A stretch of 64,000 nt of DNA. Origin: Lama glama. Taxonomy: Eukaryota. Location of the stretch: positions 94,550,001 through 94,614,000 of the forward strand of contig CM052819.1 in NCBI GenBank assembly GCA_028534125.1. The letters are read 5' to 3'. Below, in pieces: positions 49,505 through 62,360 of this stretch. Position numbers and translations under genes: made by a program. The notes beneath the pieces were generated by a model, which saw only the letters and a list, made by a program, of their open reading frames with translations, was not told the DNA's origin and made no database searches. Every line of letters begins with the position of its first letter. Position 1 is the first letter of the stretch.

Positions 49505-50228
49505 CCCTTGGTAGTTATCCAAACGAATTAAAAACTTACACTAACTCCAAAATCTGTACACAGATGTTTATAGGAACTTTATTCATTANNNNNNNNNNNN
49601 NNNNNNNNNNNNNNNNNNNNNNNNNNNNNNNNNNNNNNNNNNNNNNNNNNNNNNNNNNNNNNNNNNNNNNNNNNNNNNNNNNNNNNNNNNNNNNNNNNNN
49701 NNNNNNNNNNNNNNNNNNNNNNNNNNNNNNNNNNNNNNNNNNNNNNNNNNNNNNNNNNNNNNNNNNNNNNNNNNNNNNTACATACTCTGTAGTCCCAGCT
49801 ATATGACATCTGAATAAGACAAAATTTTATGGAGACAGACAGCAAAAATATCAGTGGTTGCCAGGGATTGGTCATGGGGGCTGGAGTGGGGTGGAGATTA
49901 ATAGGCAGACAGAGATTTTCAGGACAGCGACATTACTCTGTATGATACTATGATGGTATAGATGCATGTCATTGTATATTGTCCAAACCCATAAAAAACA
50001 CAACATCAAGAGTGAACCTTAATGTAAATCATGGACTTTGAGTGATTATGATATGTCAGTGTAAATTCATCAATTGTAACAAAAGTACCACTGTGGTAAA
50101 GGATGTTGATAATGGGGGAGGCTACACATTGGTGGGGGCGTGGGATATGTGGGTCATCTATGTATCTTCCTCTTAGTTTTACTGTGAACCCAAAATGCTC
50201 TAAAAAAATAAAATACATTTTTAAGAAA
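49505..50228 (+). mobile_element. L1MC1/2-like 3' end, with N-run 49589-49778
   Basis: 'tgtacacagatgtttatagga', 'atcagtggttgccaggg', 'caagagtgaaccttaatgtaaatcatggactttg...ggatgttgataatgggggaggct...ctgtgaacccaaaatgctctaaaaaaataaa'. Confidence 0.92.
49589..49778. other. Undetermined bases (190 N)
   Basis: N-run seen directly. Confidence 1.
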
Positions 50229-50749
50229 TGTAGTCTTGTTTGAGGCTATACGAGAGTTTGCTTTTTACAGTGTCAGAGTTCTGGGAGTCTGGGAGAAAAA
50301 GATGTGGAGAAAGGGGAGTAGGTTGGGAACTGGGTCAAGTGTACAAAGGATTAGGGAGATGCCATTGTAGTGGGGATAGACAAATGGAGAATTAGGATGT
50401 TGTATTAGTTCCAGAGTCCTTGGAAGTAGATCAGGTAAACTGTTCTGATAGAACTAAAATCCAATGTAGAAAGTTCTAGAGTGGTTATGATATAAAGTTT
50501 GGCACTCTTCTGCTTCTTGGCCTACAGAAAATAACGTGTGGTTTGTTCCTGTTTGCAACATGGGGGGAATAAGCTTGCTGCCCATGATTCTTTATATGGG
50601 GAGGGAAAGGTGGGAGAGAAGGGGCTAGAGATGCCCTAAGCAAAGCTAAGCAAAGCGGAGTGTCATCTGGTTGATAGTTTTGGTCTGTCAGAAGCTTTCG
50701 TCAAGATACTGATGGTAGGAATGATCATACCACTCTCAAAAATCTGGTC

Positions 50750-51247
50750 ATAATTCCTCTACTTGTGACTCGACTTTACGAAGGTGTGAAAGTGGTACAT
50801 GTTCAGTAGAAACCATACTTTGAATTTTGAATTTTAATCTTTTCCCCTGGGCTAGAGATATGTTGCACAATACTTCTACTCTTCCGTGACGCTGGGCAGC
50901 GGCAGAGAGCAGTTGTTCCCAGTCAGACACGTGATCACGCGGGTTAGCAACCGATAAACTTACAGCCACTCTTGACACAGACAACCATTCTATTTTTTAC
51001 CTCTAGTGCGATTTTTAATAAATCACATGTGATATTCAACAATCTACTATAAAATAGGCTTGAAGTTGGATGATTTTGCCCAACTGAAGACTGATGTATG
51101 TGTTGGGAGCACACTTAAGGTAGTCTAGGCTAAGCTATGATGTTCCATAGAGATTAGGGATGTCAAATGCATTTTCAGTTTATGGCATTTTCTATTTATG
51201 ATATGTTTATAGGGAGGTAACCACATGGTAAGTCCAGAAAGTTTTGT
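50750..51247 (-). mobile_element. Tc1/mariner Tigger5/MER47B-like non-autonomous DNA transposon
   Basis: 'ttcagtagaaaccatactttgaattttgaattt', 'gctgggcagcggcag', 'ataaaataggctt...gatgattttgcccaactg', 'ctaggctaagctatgatgttc...aaatgcatttt'. Confidence 0.88.
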
Positions 51248-52479
51248 AATATCCTTTTTTTTAAGACAATAGTACTTGGAAAATACAGGAGCATCTTACT
51301 TTTCAGTATAGTATAAGTAAGTTTGATAAGTCTAAATTGATTTTTTCTGAGACATCAAAGAGAGTTATGACTAATTCTCAAACTAAATTACTTTGATTAT
51401 TCTTTATTTAGTTGTAGAATATTTTCCTTCCAAAAGATGAAAAACATGTATAGATTTTTACTCTGTAATTTGCTCTTTAAAGTTTAAAATTGTTGGTTGC
51501 AAATGAAGTCTTGTAGACTATGATGTATTTACTCTTTACCCTGCCAACATGCATTAACAAGAATTTAGCATTACAGATTTTGCAGAAAGTATATTTCACA
51601 TTCCAGCTAAGTTTATTGCAGTTTCTAGATTTTAGCTGAGTACCTTAGAATGAAGGGGAAAGAGCATATAACGGCCACTAATACTCTGCTAGGAAATTTT
51701 TACTGCTAAATAATTAAATTAATAGCTCCCTAAGATATCAAGAGTGGACCAACATAAAAGTGATAATCCTGCAATTAATTATCTATAATTTTGCCATGAA
51801 TAATTATTGCGAATTTTCTTCTCAATGATATCTCTGAAGAAAAACTAAAATTACCTATTTAATATTATGCATATTAAAGACATAACTAATTTTAATATTA
51901 TTTTTAATTGGTAGTTTAGATCTGTAGATATAATTCCAAACAGACAAGTTGGAAAATACAACAGCTTTTCACTGATTAATATGTACTCAAATTTTATTCA
52001 TCATTCCTTACATTTCTGTGTTTAAATTGCTAAATCCACTTATGTATGTATATATAGCTTCAAAACCTATAGTTGGTTTTGGCACATTTTCTTTAATCAT
52101 GGTTTTTTTCCAATGGCTGCAAAACCATCTGGAAAACTAGACAGCCCACAGATTTGTGGGGACTTCTTGGTTTATGAAATTAAGAATCACCACAGACAAA
52201 AATTTTGTATCAACTTTCTAAGTCAAAATTTCAACTCTCTGCCAATTTGCTTAATTTTTATTCATTTGCAAGCCAATTACCCATTACATATATTGTTCAT
52301 TACAATTACCTAGGTATATTAGAAGAATTGATATAATAAAGCAGAATATATTATAAATGTGAAAATAAGTAAATTATTGATATAATAAAACACATTTTCA
52401 AATTTCTTCATAAACAGACTTCAGGTTGTCAACTCCATGAGCTTTTTCTAACAACATATTAAAATTGAATTTCTCGCCT

Positions 52480-53485
52480 CTCCACTCACACAATTGCTTC
52501 CTCCTTTATTATTAGTTATACTCTATCCTCAAAAGGATATCTGACTTTTACCTTTTACTTTTCTTGTTCTCTAAATCTAATCATTAACTAGATCCTATCA
52601 GGTCTACATTCAAATATTCAAATAATTGTTGCACTTCTCTTGCTGTCACCACCTAATCCTAAATACTCATGACAAATGACTCATGATTATTATAAAAGTA
52701 GACTTCAAACTCTTCTCTCCCTACCTCACATGTCTTGCCCTTTCCAGCCATCTTACATTTCTCTACCTTTCTCCAGATCACTTTTCCTCTAACACTCAAA
52801 CATCTTCAGTGGCAATCAGGAGCCAGACTTTCAACAGACTGCACATTTGGCTATAGCCCATGTATATGTAATTAGGCACTAAAATCACTGCATACACTTC
52901 ATTCAGACAAATTGGTTCACTTTTCCTGGAGTTAATCTCCAAATATCGACTGCCATGTATCTTTCTGAGTGACAATTATTAACCCTGGATTTGTCTTAGC
53001 TTTACACTGGAGCTTTTGAAAATATGTGTCCTTAGGTCAAGCTCTGGATCTTATGAATCTGTCATTCTCAGATGGGCTCAGATTTGAATGTTTCTGACTA
53101 AACACCATAAATTATTTTCATGTTACTTTTTACATGGAATTTTCTTTCTCTTACCATCAAATGTCCAAATTCCACTATAGCTCAAGCTGTATCTCAAATG
53201 TTAAACACTATAATGTCTATAAAGTCTTCCATTATAAATCTCCCTACCCCAATTTGGAGAGAACTTTTCAGCCCTCTGAAATTTTACAGTATTTGATAGA
53301 GTGTGAACATCTCTTTCTGTCCATAACACCTTCTATTTATATGCTAAGTGCTTTAGCTATTTTACTTACCATACATTTTTCTAGAAGCAACCTCTGCTCT
53401 GTTTTATCTTTGTATTGTTTTATCTTTGTATTGTCTAAAGCTCCTTAACATTTAGAAGATGCTAGTTATTTTGTGAGATGAATTT
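52480..53485 (+). mobile_element. Decayed L2 fragments interrupted by a MER5-like piece (~52975-53125)
   Basis: 'gatcctatcaggtctacattcaaatatt', 'ctcaaacatcttcagtggc', 'agaagatgctagttattttgtgagatgaat'. Confidence 0.45.
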
Positions 53486-55203
53486 ATCCCACAAAGGGCA
53501 ATGTGTTATTGACAAAAATGTCTGTGCTGAAGTAAATAGTATGGCTTAGACTGAATCAATCCATTTCAATATATTGATCAAGTAAAAAATAATGTATCCA
53601 TTTACGCTCTGCAATGTCTATTCCTCAGTGCCAGTATTACATCCACTAGAAGATTAGATAACTTTCCTTCCATTTTCAGAGAGCTCCTTCATTTTGGTGT
53701 TGCAGAATATTCTCCCTATGTGGTCCTTCCCTTCTCCCTCCGCCCAATTTCTAGAAAACACAGTAGAAAATAAAAATATCTTCACAAATGATGAAGTACT
53801 ACTGATCTGGAATTAAAAAAAAAAAGATTTAAGGAAGGATACTTGAGATAAAGCAGATTATGTTTAGATGGGATTAAATGATTCCACCTCAGATCATGAT
53901 CCATTTATGCCACCCACAAAATGAAGACTTGATAGACCAGTTGTCAGGTCTGTTCATTCTTGATGTAAATTGGTTTCTTCTTAGTATTTGAGCCATTGGA
54001 GTAGTTGAAATTCTCAGCTCCTGTGTCTTCAGCTGCTCGAGGTAAATATTAAGAACTAGATTCTTCACTGAGTATAAGATAGTGCTAAGATGACTTCTTT
54101 CCAAATGCTCTGAAAGTGTGAGATGGAGATTATGACCTTCTCAGGTACTATATCTCTAGCTGATGCAGCAGTACCTTCCATTTTACTTTGTCTTCTCCTC
54201 GTATCTCCACCTCCTGCCTCTGAATCACAGAAAGTTTACGGGAAGATTTTTCTCTGCTTTGTGGAGAAATGTCCCATTTCTCATGCAACCCTATGTTTAG
54301 AAGAGCTTCAATTTAAAAATATATTTATTTATTTATGTCCATTATCATACATCTAATAAGGGGTACATTGATGGTCTGGGGGGAAAGTTTAAGCAAACAT
54401 CCTCTAGGAAGTTATGGTGAAAGTAAGGAGAGTTCCATGCCTGAGGAGGTAGAAGTTATGAATAAAACTGAGCACCTGCTCCTCGTAGCTCAGGCTGTAT
54501 CATGTTGCTGGATGTGCAGGAACAGCTATCACCCAGATACACCTGCAACTAATCTGGTGGTTCTGTGGTTCCGAGGAATGTTTGCTAATTCAACAGAGGA
54601 AATTTACGGAACGTTAAAATAATCTCATTCACACCCTCTAAGCATATATATAGTATACTTGTGGATTTTGGTATAAAATGAATGAAATATTCAAACAGCC
54701 TTAAAAGAAAAAAAATTCAATTTAATTTTTAGTAATTAGCATTTCATTTCCAAAGACATCATTCACATTTTTTTTTAAGAAAATTGGGATTATATCCTTC
54801 ACCTTTGTTTTGATAAAATCTATTTAAACATGACCATTGACGTTTTATTTGAAGATAGAAAAAAATACCTCCTTTTATTGAATAAAAATTGTTTTAAAGA
54901 ATAGATTACAAAAGAATAATTTTAATTCATTTGTAACAGACTTAAAAACTGTCTCAACTCATAAATCATGTGAAATAAAAACAAAAAGTGAAAATAATCA
55001 GGCCTATTGTCTTCATAATTTTTTAGAGTCTGTTTATATAACCAAGTAACCTCTAGAAAACAAATACAGTGAACACTCAGGGCAGGCCCCCTTTTTTTTT
55101 CAGGACATCCACAGCAGATTTTCTGAAGCTGCTTAGTGTGAATATGCTACTAAAAAGAAAGTGCAACTCAATACCTAGTTTACTGACTTTCAGGGACTAG
55201 GAT

Positions 55204-55588
55204 TGTTATGGATTAAATGTTGTGTCCTCAAAACTCATACTGTTGGAATCCCAACCCCAGTGTGATGGTACTAGTAGATGCAGCCTATGGGAGGTAATTA
55301 AGTCATGAGGATGAACCCTTATGAATGGGATTTGTGTCCTTGTGAGAAGAAACAAGAAAGGTTTCTCTCCTTCTCTCTCTCTCTCTCCCCTCTTCTGCCC
55401 TCCACCACGTAAGAATACAACTAGAAGACAGCCATCTGTAAACCAGAAAGAGAGCCTTAATTATGAGAGACCATGCTGGCACCCTGATCTCAGACTTTCA
55501 GCTTCCAGAAGTGTGAGAAATAAATGTTTAATGTTTAAACCACCCAGCATATGGTGTCCTGCTATAGCAGCCCAAACTGACTAGGACA
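55204..55588 (+). mobile_element. MaLR solo LTR (MLT1A-like), full length TG...CA
   Basis: 'tgttatggattaaatgttgtgtcctcaaaactcata...gggaggtaattaagtcatgagg...catgctggcaccctgatctcagactttcagcttccagaagtgtgagaaataaatg...tatagcagcccaaactgactaggaca'. Confidence 0.92.
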
Positions 55589-56299
55589 GCATATTCATTT
55601 TATTTTCTTATTTTTCCATTGAATTCTTCTACTCTGTATTGTTTACTGGTAATAGCTCTTTATATATTAAGATAGTAAAGAATCCAATCCAGATATTAAA
55701 GAAACAAGTCTAGCTATTAATGAATCTCTACTCTCATTCAATTCTATACCTTTCCAATAGCCAAATGGTGCTGATTCCTATGCAACCTACTTTAAAATAG
55801 AAGAGGAAGGAGGAGGAGGGGTGAGGGGAAGAAATATCTCACTTGACAGGCATAATTACAATCTGGCATTGTTACACTGAATTCCATTAATATCTAAATG
55901 CCAAGTCTTTTTCTCATGAAATGTTTTTGGAGTTAGAGGAAATCTATATGAAGCATTTCCAACAGCAGATGTCTAATGGTTGACCTCCTGGTCACTGTTG
56001 ACCTTGGTTTATACATTTAACATTTTACCCCCAGCATATGTCTTACACAGGTAACGTTCCCCTGGAAGGAACTGTTTTGTATAGGGTTTACTTTATAATA
56101 ACTTAGAACCAAATACCTCCCCATGGATCCACAACTCAGCTATAGGACACACAGATCCTTGATGGACGCTTTATCCACTCCCGTGGAAGTGTACTGTCTT
56201 TTTACCTTGTCATTATAAACTCCTCTTGCACAGCAGCAGATCAGGTACTAACAAACTCTACCTACTTTAAATCCATGAAGATAGAATTTAAGCCTTTTT

Positions 56300-56810
56300 T
56301 CCCAGTTATCTATTCTTGCATAATAAACTGCCCCAAACTTACTGGCATAAAACCAGAATTGTTTTTTAATCCACCCACATACTGTAGGTCAGGAATTTGG
56401 AAAGACCTCCAAGGGGATGACATTTCTTTGCTCCACAATATCTGAGGCCATAAAATCAATGAATTGAATGACTGGGGTGACTGGGACCTAGCATAGCTTG
56501 GGCTAGAGAGTCTACCTCCAAGATCACTTTTCCACTCACGTGCCTGGCTCCTACATGTGGCCACTCTAACAGAGGACTGAGGGCTGTTGAACTTCTCATG
56601 TTATTGTTCCAAGGTCAAATATTTCTAGCAAATGAAGCATAATTTGGAGGGCATTTTAGGATCTAGCCTTGAGCTTCTCATATCATCACTTCTGTTCTAC
56701 TCCTTTGGTCAAAGCAATCATAAAACCACCCAGAACCCAGAAAAGAGGATATAGGGCACCTTCCCACTGGGCACATCCCAACAAAACTGGTAAGTTTTAA
56801 GACTACCATA
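56300..56810 (-). mobile_element. MaLR solo LTR (MLT1G/H-like), antisense
   Basis: 'gcataataaactgccccaaacttactggcataaaac...gtaggtcaggaatttgg...atctagccttgag...atcacttctgttctactcctttggtcaaagc'. Confidence 0.8.
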
Positions 56811-57206
56811 CTCCTCAAGTCATTCTCTTGAAGCATGCTTCAGTTGTTTTAAAACAAGGATAAAGTGCAAGTCTTTTCTTATAGTGATTCATAGAGAACC
56901 AAAAGCTATGACATTCAAATCTGGGTTATTTCCACTGATTTGACGAAGTCTACAAATTTTTTTCTTTAATTATCATTTTGAAAAGGTTCTGTCCTTGACC
57001 CTTCTAGTTCTGTTGTGAGCTGCTGCCAAAGTCCTGAGATATGAAGAATTCTAACACCCTGCAACAGTTTATTCTTTAAACTGCCCTTTCTCCACTGTTG
57101 TTAACATCTGCAAAATCAGTATATCTATGATCAATTATAATGGTTGATTGTTTATTCCACCATGCTTTTGCCTTTATGTATTAAGTCTCTTTTAACATGT
57201 TGTAGA

Positions 57207-57388
57207 GCAGTATTTTCAACCTGAGTTGCCCAATGAAATCATCTTGGAGGAGTTTTTAAAAATCTCAGTTTTCAGGGTGTATCTACCCTAATCAATTAAA
57301 TAAAAACCTGAGGAAGAGACCCCAGCATCAGATTTTTTTTTAAGTTCCCCCAAATGATTCAAATACGCAGCCAAGATTGACAGCCAGC
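57207..57388. mobile_element. MER5A-like hAT-Charlie MITE
   Basis: 'cagtattttcaacctg...aatcatcttggaggagtttttaaaaat...taagttcccccaaatgattcaaatacgcagccaagattga'. Confidence 0.75.
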
Positions 57389-57428
57389 ATTATGGAAGCA
57401 GCCCATTCCCATCACTGTCCTTGGTCGT

Positions 57429-57498
57429 AATCCTTCTGGTTAAAGCCTTATCTCTTCTAACTGAATCCTCTTGGTTAAAGTCTTATGTCTCTAAATGA
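57429..57498. repeat. ~35-bp imperfect tandem duplication
   Basis: aatccttctggttaaagccttatctcttctaactg / aatcctcttggttaaagtcttatgtctctaaatg. Confidence 0.8.
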
Positions 57499-57509
57499 AT
57501 ACATGGTCA

Positions 57510-58050
57510 TTTTGTTAACTTTCCAAAAACAAATCTTTGGAATGTCAATTGCAGTATTTTAAATACTTGAAATATTTCAGAGGAGAACTGTCACCTTTAC
57601 AACATTAAAATGTTACATCCCAAAGCATCCCATTTTTCTTTAATTACTTTTGCATATTTTCATGTTATTTTATTATGTTTTGAGTCTTTAGCTATTTAAC
57701 TAATATTTATTGCTTTAATTTATTCCCAGATACTTTGTTTTAATATTTTTTAGATGTTATAAATGAGATTTTCCCCACTTATGTTTTAATTGCTTGTTTG
57801 GGGTTTATATTTAGATTAGATTTTTAAACATTTTTGTAATTGAAAACAATTATAAATTTTGTTATTGTTGACATTTCACTGATTATTTTGTCTTTTCCTA
57901 GTAAAAATTACATCATATATAAATAATAAAAATGTTATTTTGTTTTCAATATTTATACTTTTTATATTCTTACCTTACCAACATAAAATGTTAAATACTC
58001 ATTTCAAAAATGACAAATAATTGACTATTTAATGTGATTGATTTTTGTGT
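57510..58050 (-). mobile_element. Ancient L1M fragment, antisense
   Basis: 'gaggagaactgtcacctttacaacatt', 'tttattcccagatacttt', 'gttataaatgagatttt', 'catcatatataaataat'. Confidence 0.6.
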
Positions 58051-60303
58051 TGCTGTTTTAGGTGATATCTAGAAGAATTTGGTTAATGATGAATTCATTG
58101 TAATAGCTGTGCTTACTGAATTATCTGTAATTAGTGACTTCACATTAATCTGATGAAGAGATAAAAGACAGGGAGACCTGGGACTGGGAGAGAAATAGCT
58201 ATCAAAGGATGGAAGATATGAGGATGTGAAAAATATTCAGTGATAAAAGATGTTGAGAATAAGATTTCTGGAAATTTATTCCAAGGCAGCTGAAGAATAG
58301 CACAGATGAGAATGGGATAAATGAATATGTAGTATCTTTTGGACACACTACTATATGCCAGTTAATATCTGACTGCTTTTACAAAAAATTTCCTCAGAAC
58401 AGCAATTTCCAAATTTGAACAGAAGGCAGAAGCATATAGTCTTACTAAAGTGGGTTTTCCTGAGTTCTACCCTGAGAGTTTCTGATCCAGTAGATTTCGA
58501 TATTCCTCGTGTGCAAGTCTTACCAGAGCCTTTAGAGACAAATGGTTGAGAAAACGGGAACTCTTGGCAAGTTCTTTCTGACCCAGTGAAGGTCTGCTGT
58601 GATGCTGTGAATGTGTTGTTCTTTTCTAAGGTTGTGAATCCCAAAGTCTATCCCAGACCCAAAATTCACTCTTAAATATGTTCACACACCTGCTTCCTTT
58701 TCCTCTCTTTCAGTTAAGTTAGAATTAAGCAAATTATAATGGCATAGTAATTTTCAGTGAAGGCACAGAAACTCTGTACTTGGGGACATAAATGATGAAG
58801 AGGATAGAATTCATTTAAATAGAAGGTGATTGGCAAGGAGCCGTCACCAAAATGAGTGTGTGTACCTATATTAACTTCATTGTCATTAATAAGAAAACTT
58901 ATTTTTTTGATTTACAAGATATACCTAGATCAAAAGTCTAATTAAAAATGTTTCACTCATAGGGAAAGTGTGCTTATCTATGAATCTAAACTGGCAATTT
59001 GAATTGAGCAAGGAAATGTAACTTAGAAAGAGCCGAGAGTGGACTGATGTTCATTTTCATTGGAAGATGACTATCAGGTCCCACATTTTAATGTATGTCT
59101 CGAATCTATTACTGTTCACACATAGTTTCTCTCAATCATCTATATAGTATCACCTGGTTCCTATTCAGCTAAAGATGACTTTAAAGTGTCACAGCTGTGC
59201 TAAAACTGAGGCTGAAAAATTATACTTTCTCTCTGACTTTTAACTCTGTTATCTCCTCTGACTTAAATAGTGTTTACAAATATTTTGGAAGACAGCCTTC
59301 ATGGTTTACTTCTCGAGCAGATAGTTATGTACGGTATTTTATTTCCTGATGTTTATCAGCAGCATTCCATTATAGATCCTTGTCTGGGATACTTAGGAGC
59401 TAAGTGATTGGTTGATTGGGGTTACAGTAGTAGAAAAAAGAAAAATCAAACAACTTTAATTTGTTTCATATGAATTCCAGCAGCAGAAATGCACACTCAC
59501 TTAGCAAACCTTCCATTTTATATTGTTGAAATGCTTCAGAGCTCATTTCTTTACCCTCTTCTGCAAGAGGACAGTCCTCAATTCCTGCTACAAGTATATA
59601 CCTAGCCATTGGTTCTAGTGATGATATTCATAACAGAATCAAGAAAATATTCAAATTAAGTTCTCATAAACATTACCTCAGAACTCATTTTGCTCTTATC
59701 TTTCCAATGAGTGACACTCTAGCCTTGCTGAAAGAAAGAAGGGATTTTTTTTTTGTACTTGTGGTAACCATGATTAGCACCGAATGAATATATATAATAT
59801 GCATATTGGAAATATATACATATATATATAGCATATACACACGTATATTATTTTTTGGCTCTTTTGAACAAGAAAGGAAGTGAATAGGAGAGAATAGGTA
59901 AAATTTTATGAAAAAAAAATATGTGCAAGTATCTAAACCCCAGTTACACATGGTGAATGATACTATGCATGTTTAAATGTTCCATATTTTAAAAACAAAC
60001 ATAAATAAGGAGCAAGGAAGTAAATAAATAATTTTTAAATGGCTTTTAAAAGTGCTTCAGGTGTGTTTCATTTACTGTTTGGAAAAAAGCCATTTAAGAT
60101 GTTTTTTCTTTTTCTCTTCTGATGTTATTTTTGGCAAAGAACCCTGTTTGAATTACTTTATTTATGTCCAGAGAAGAAACAGCCTAAATCTGAGTGAGAG
60201 ACTAATTTTTTGATGCTATAAACTGTTCTATAATTGCTATAGATTTCATTTACCTTTTACAACCATTTCCAGGAAAATATTGGTTTCTAAATCTATTATA
60301 ATT

Positions 60304-60317
60304 GTTTCTATGGTAAC
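60304..60317. promoter_or_regulatory. Near-consensus RFX X-box
   Basis: GTTTCTATGGTAAC fits the palindromic X-box GTTNCYATRGNAAC; motif match only. Confidence 0.3.
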
Positions 60318-62199
60318 GGGTGCATAATATGAGTGTGTAGGTATAAATGTAATGGTCATATATATGTTTATATACATTCAGTGCATAATGATCTACTTTA
60401 CTATTCATGCAAGTTTTTCTAAGATTGAAAGTTGTTCAAAATAAAATTTAAAAAAGTTCATATCTATAAATATATTTACTATATATATATTCTAATGATT
60501 AGTAGTTTTTATCTATTTTAATGATTTTAGAATTATAAATGAAATGATAACTCTCTTAGTTGCTTACAATGTGTAAAATATTTACCTACTGACCTGTATA
60601 GTTAATACATCTTCACCAAACCTATAAGAGAGTATTTTTGAAAAGTTTACAAAGAAAAGAAATTTGAGCTGTACTTGACTTATTCTCTGAAAAGAACAGA
60701 ATGCAGGATGGAAGAAAAAAGTGCTAATTGATAGTGAGAAAAAAGAAGGTGGGTTGATAGTGATGTAGAACCTAATCTTATCAAAAAGAAGGGAGTAGGT
60801 CTTAAATATGACATCCAGGGGATTTGGCCTGTCGTGGAAAGGAGGGCAAGACCACTGATGTGACACAGAAGTGATAAAACGTGGGAAAAGGAAATGCTTT
60901 CCTTAAAGTCCTGCAAATAAGTTTTTAAGTGGCTCATTACATTGGGGTTAGCCTTTCCCAAAATAATTTCCATTACTTCCCCACGCTATCTGATCCTGTC
61001 ATTCCTATCTCTTGATAATTTTTCCACCACTAAATTTCAAAACATATGCCTTTGTTTGCATTTGACACACTTAGAATCCTCCTAATAAATGCAGATTTCC
61101 ATGAAAAGAAACTCAGAAGGAATTAAAAGGCAAAGCAGAGCCTATTCCTCAGAAATCCAGTTGCCTGGTTTTTGTTGGACCCACCCAGATTACTGTTACG
61201 CCCTGGGAGGCAGGAGTGTTGCTCATTTTCATGGATAGAGTACATTGTAGTTTGTGTGCATCACATATTTCTCCTTGATTAAGAAAGGTTACATTCATTT
61301 GGAAAAAGTGAGCTTGAAATTGACCACACAGTTCAGTTGGCCTCCTGATTGCTCTTTGCTTGTGCTTAGGGTAGTTCTCCAATTTCCTTTCATCTGGGTC
61401 AATTTATCTTCCGATAACACCAAAACAAATGGTTTCCTGCTAAAGCCTCAAAAGTAGTATGCTAATGTGTTGATGTTCTGCTTTGCAGCTGTCATTAATT
61501 TAGGTCAGAGAGAACTATTATAATGTTTATATTATAAATATTTCTTATGTGTAATCTCCATTCTTTTAAAAGCAAAAGGATTAAATCAATTTTAGTTGAT
61601 CTGATAGCTTTCTCGTTCTAAATCTCTGAAGGTCATGATGAATTACTAATTTAATTACAGTTTATAAATTAAATTATATCAATTCAATCAAAATTTTCCT
61701 CCCTCCCACATACTGTATCCATTTTTGTATTAAGTTGAATTTTGATTTTTTTTCCTATTTTATTCCAGCTCATAGAGTTGGTTAGGGAAATCATTTAAAA
61801 ACATTTTTCTATTTATATTAATTAATCCAAGATGTTGCATAATCCTGTGTGGATGTCAATAATATATTTCTAAACACATTTCTTAATGCTGTTGGAAATG
61901 CTAAGTTCCATGATGCTTTTCCAATGAAAAATGTCTTCTGAGAGATTTCAGTTCCTTTCAGAAATCTTCCAGATATTAAAAATGTTTCAAACTCAAAGTA
62001 AATTCTGATCTGATCTGAAATAGTCTTTGTCATTCATAATAACTCACACAGAGAAAGAGTGTCATTGACTATCCTTTAAATTAAAATGAAAAAGTCTGTA
62101 TTCATATTTTGTGTAAGTCATCACCAGCTGCACGTGAGTTTCTACATCTTTACCTAGTGCTGTCTCCCGTCCATATTGTCTGTTCTAGAGGAGCTCAGA

Positions 62200-62360
62200 T
62201 ATTGTGATTCTGAATTCCATGGGGGTTTACAAAATGCTTACAATTTCCAAACCCACTCTCAGAAATTCAAAATCAGTTGTACCAGGGTGTGGTTTGGAAA
62301 AGTGTTATTTTAATGAGCACAGTGGATGATTTTAATGTGAATTGCCTGTAGATTATACAT
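62200..62360. mobile_element. MER5-like MITE, degenerate
   Basis: 'aaacccactctcagaaattcaaaatcagttgtaccagggtgtggtttggaaaagtgttattttaatgagcac...gatgattttaatg'. Confidence 0.5.

Noticed and set aside
22130-50228. Inverted pair of L1MC 3' ends as a large inverted repeat or composite element
   Set aside because: Independent, diverged insertions of a common family 27 kb apart; no shared TSD.
24304-50660. Short tandem micro-duplications (aagttatt x3 at 24304; aatattaaatttga x2 at ~32838; tgctaaat.cttatttaa x2 at 40503; aaggtaatag x2 at 43781; ctaagcaaag x2 at 50636)
   Set aside because: Ordinary slippage products with no spacer structure; not a CRISPR-like or otherwise organised array.
50880-50960. 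CpG-rich patch with CACGTG and a tagcaac motif as a promoter
   Set aside because: It lies inside the Tigger5/MER47B-like transposon, whose consensus is CpG-rich at this position.
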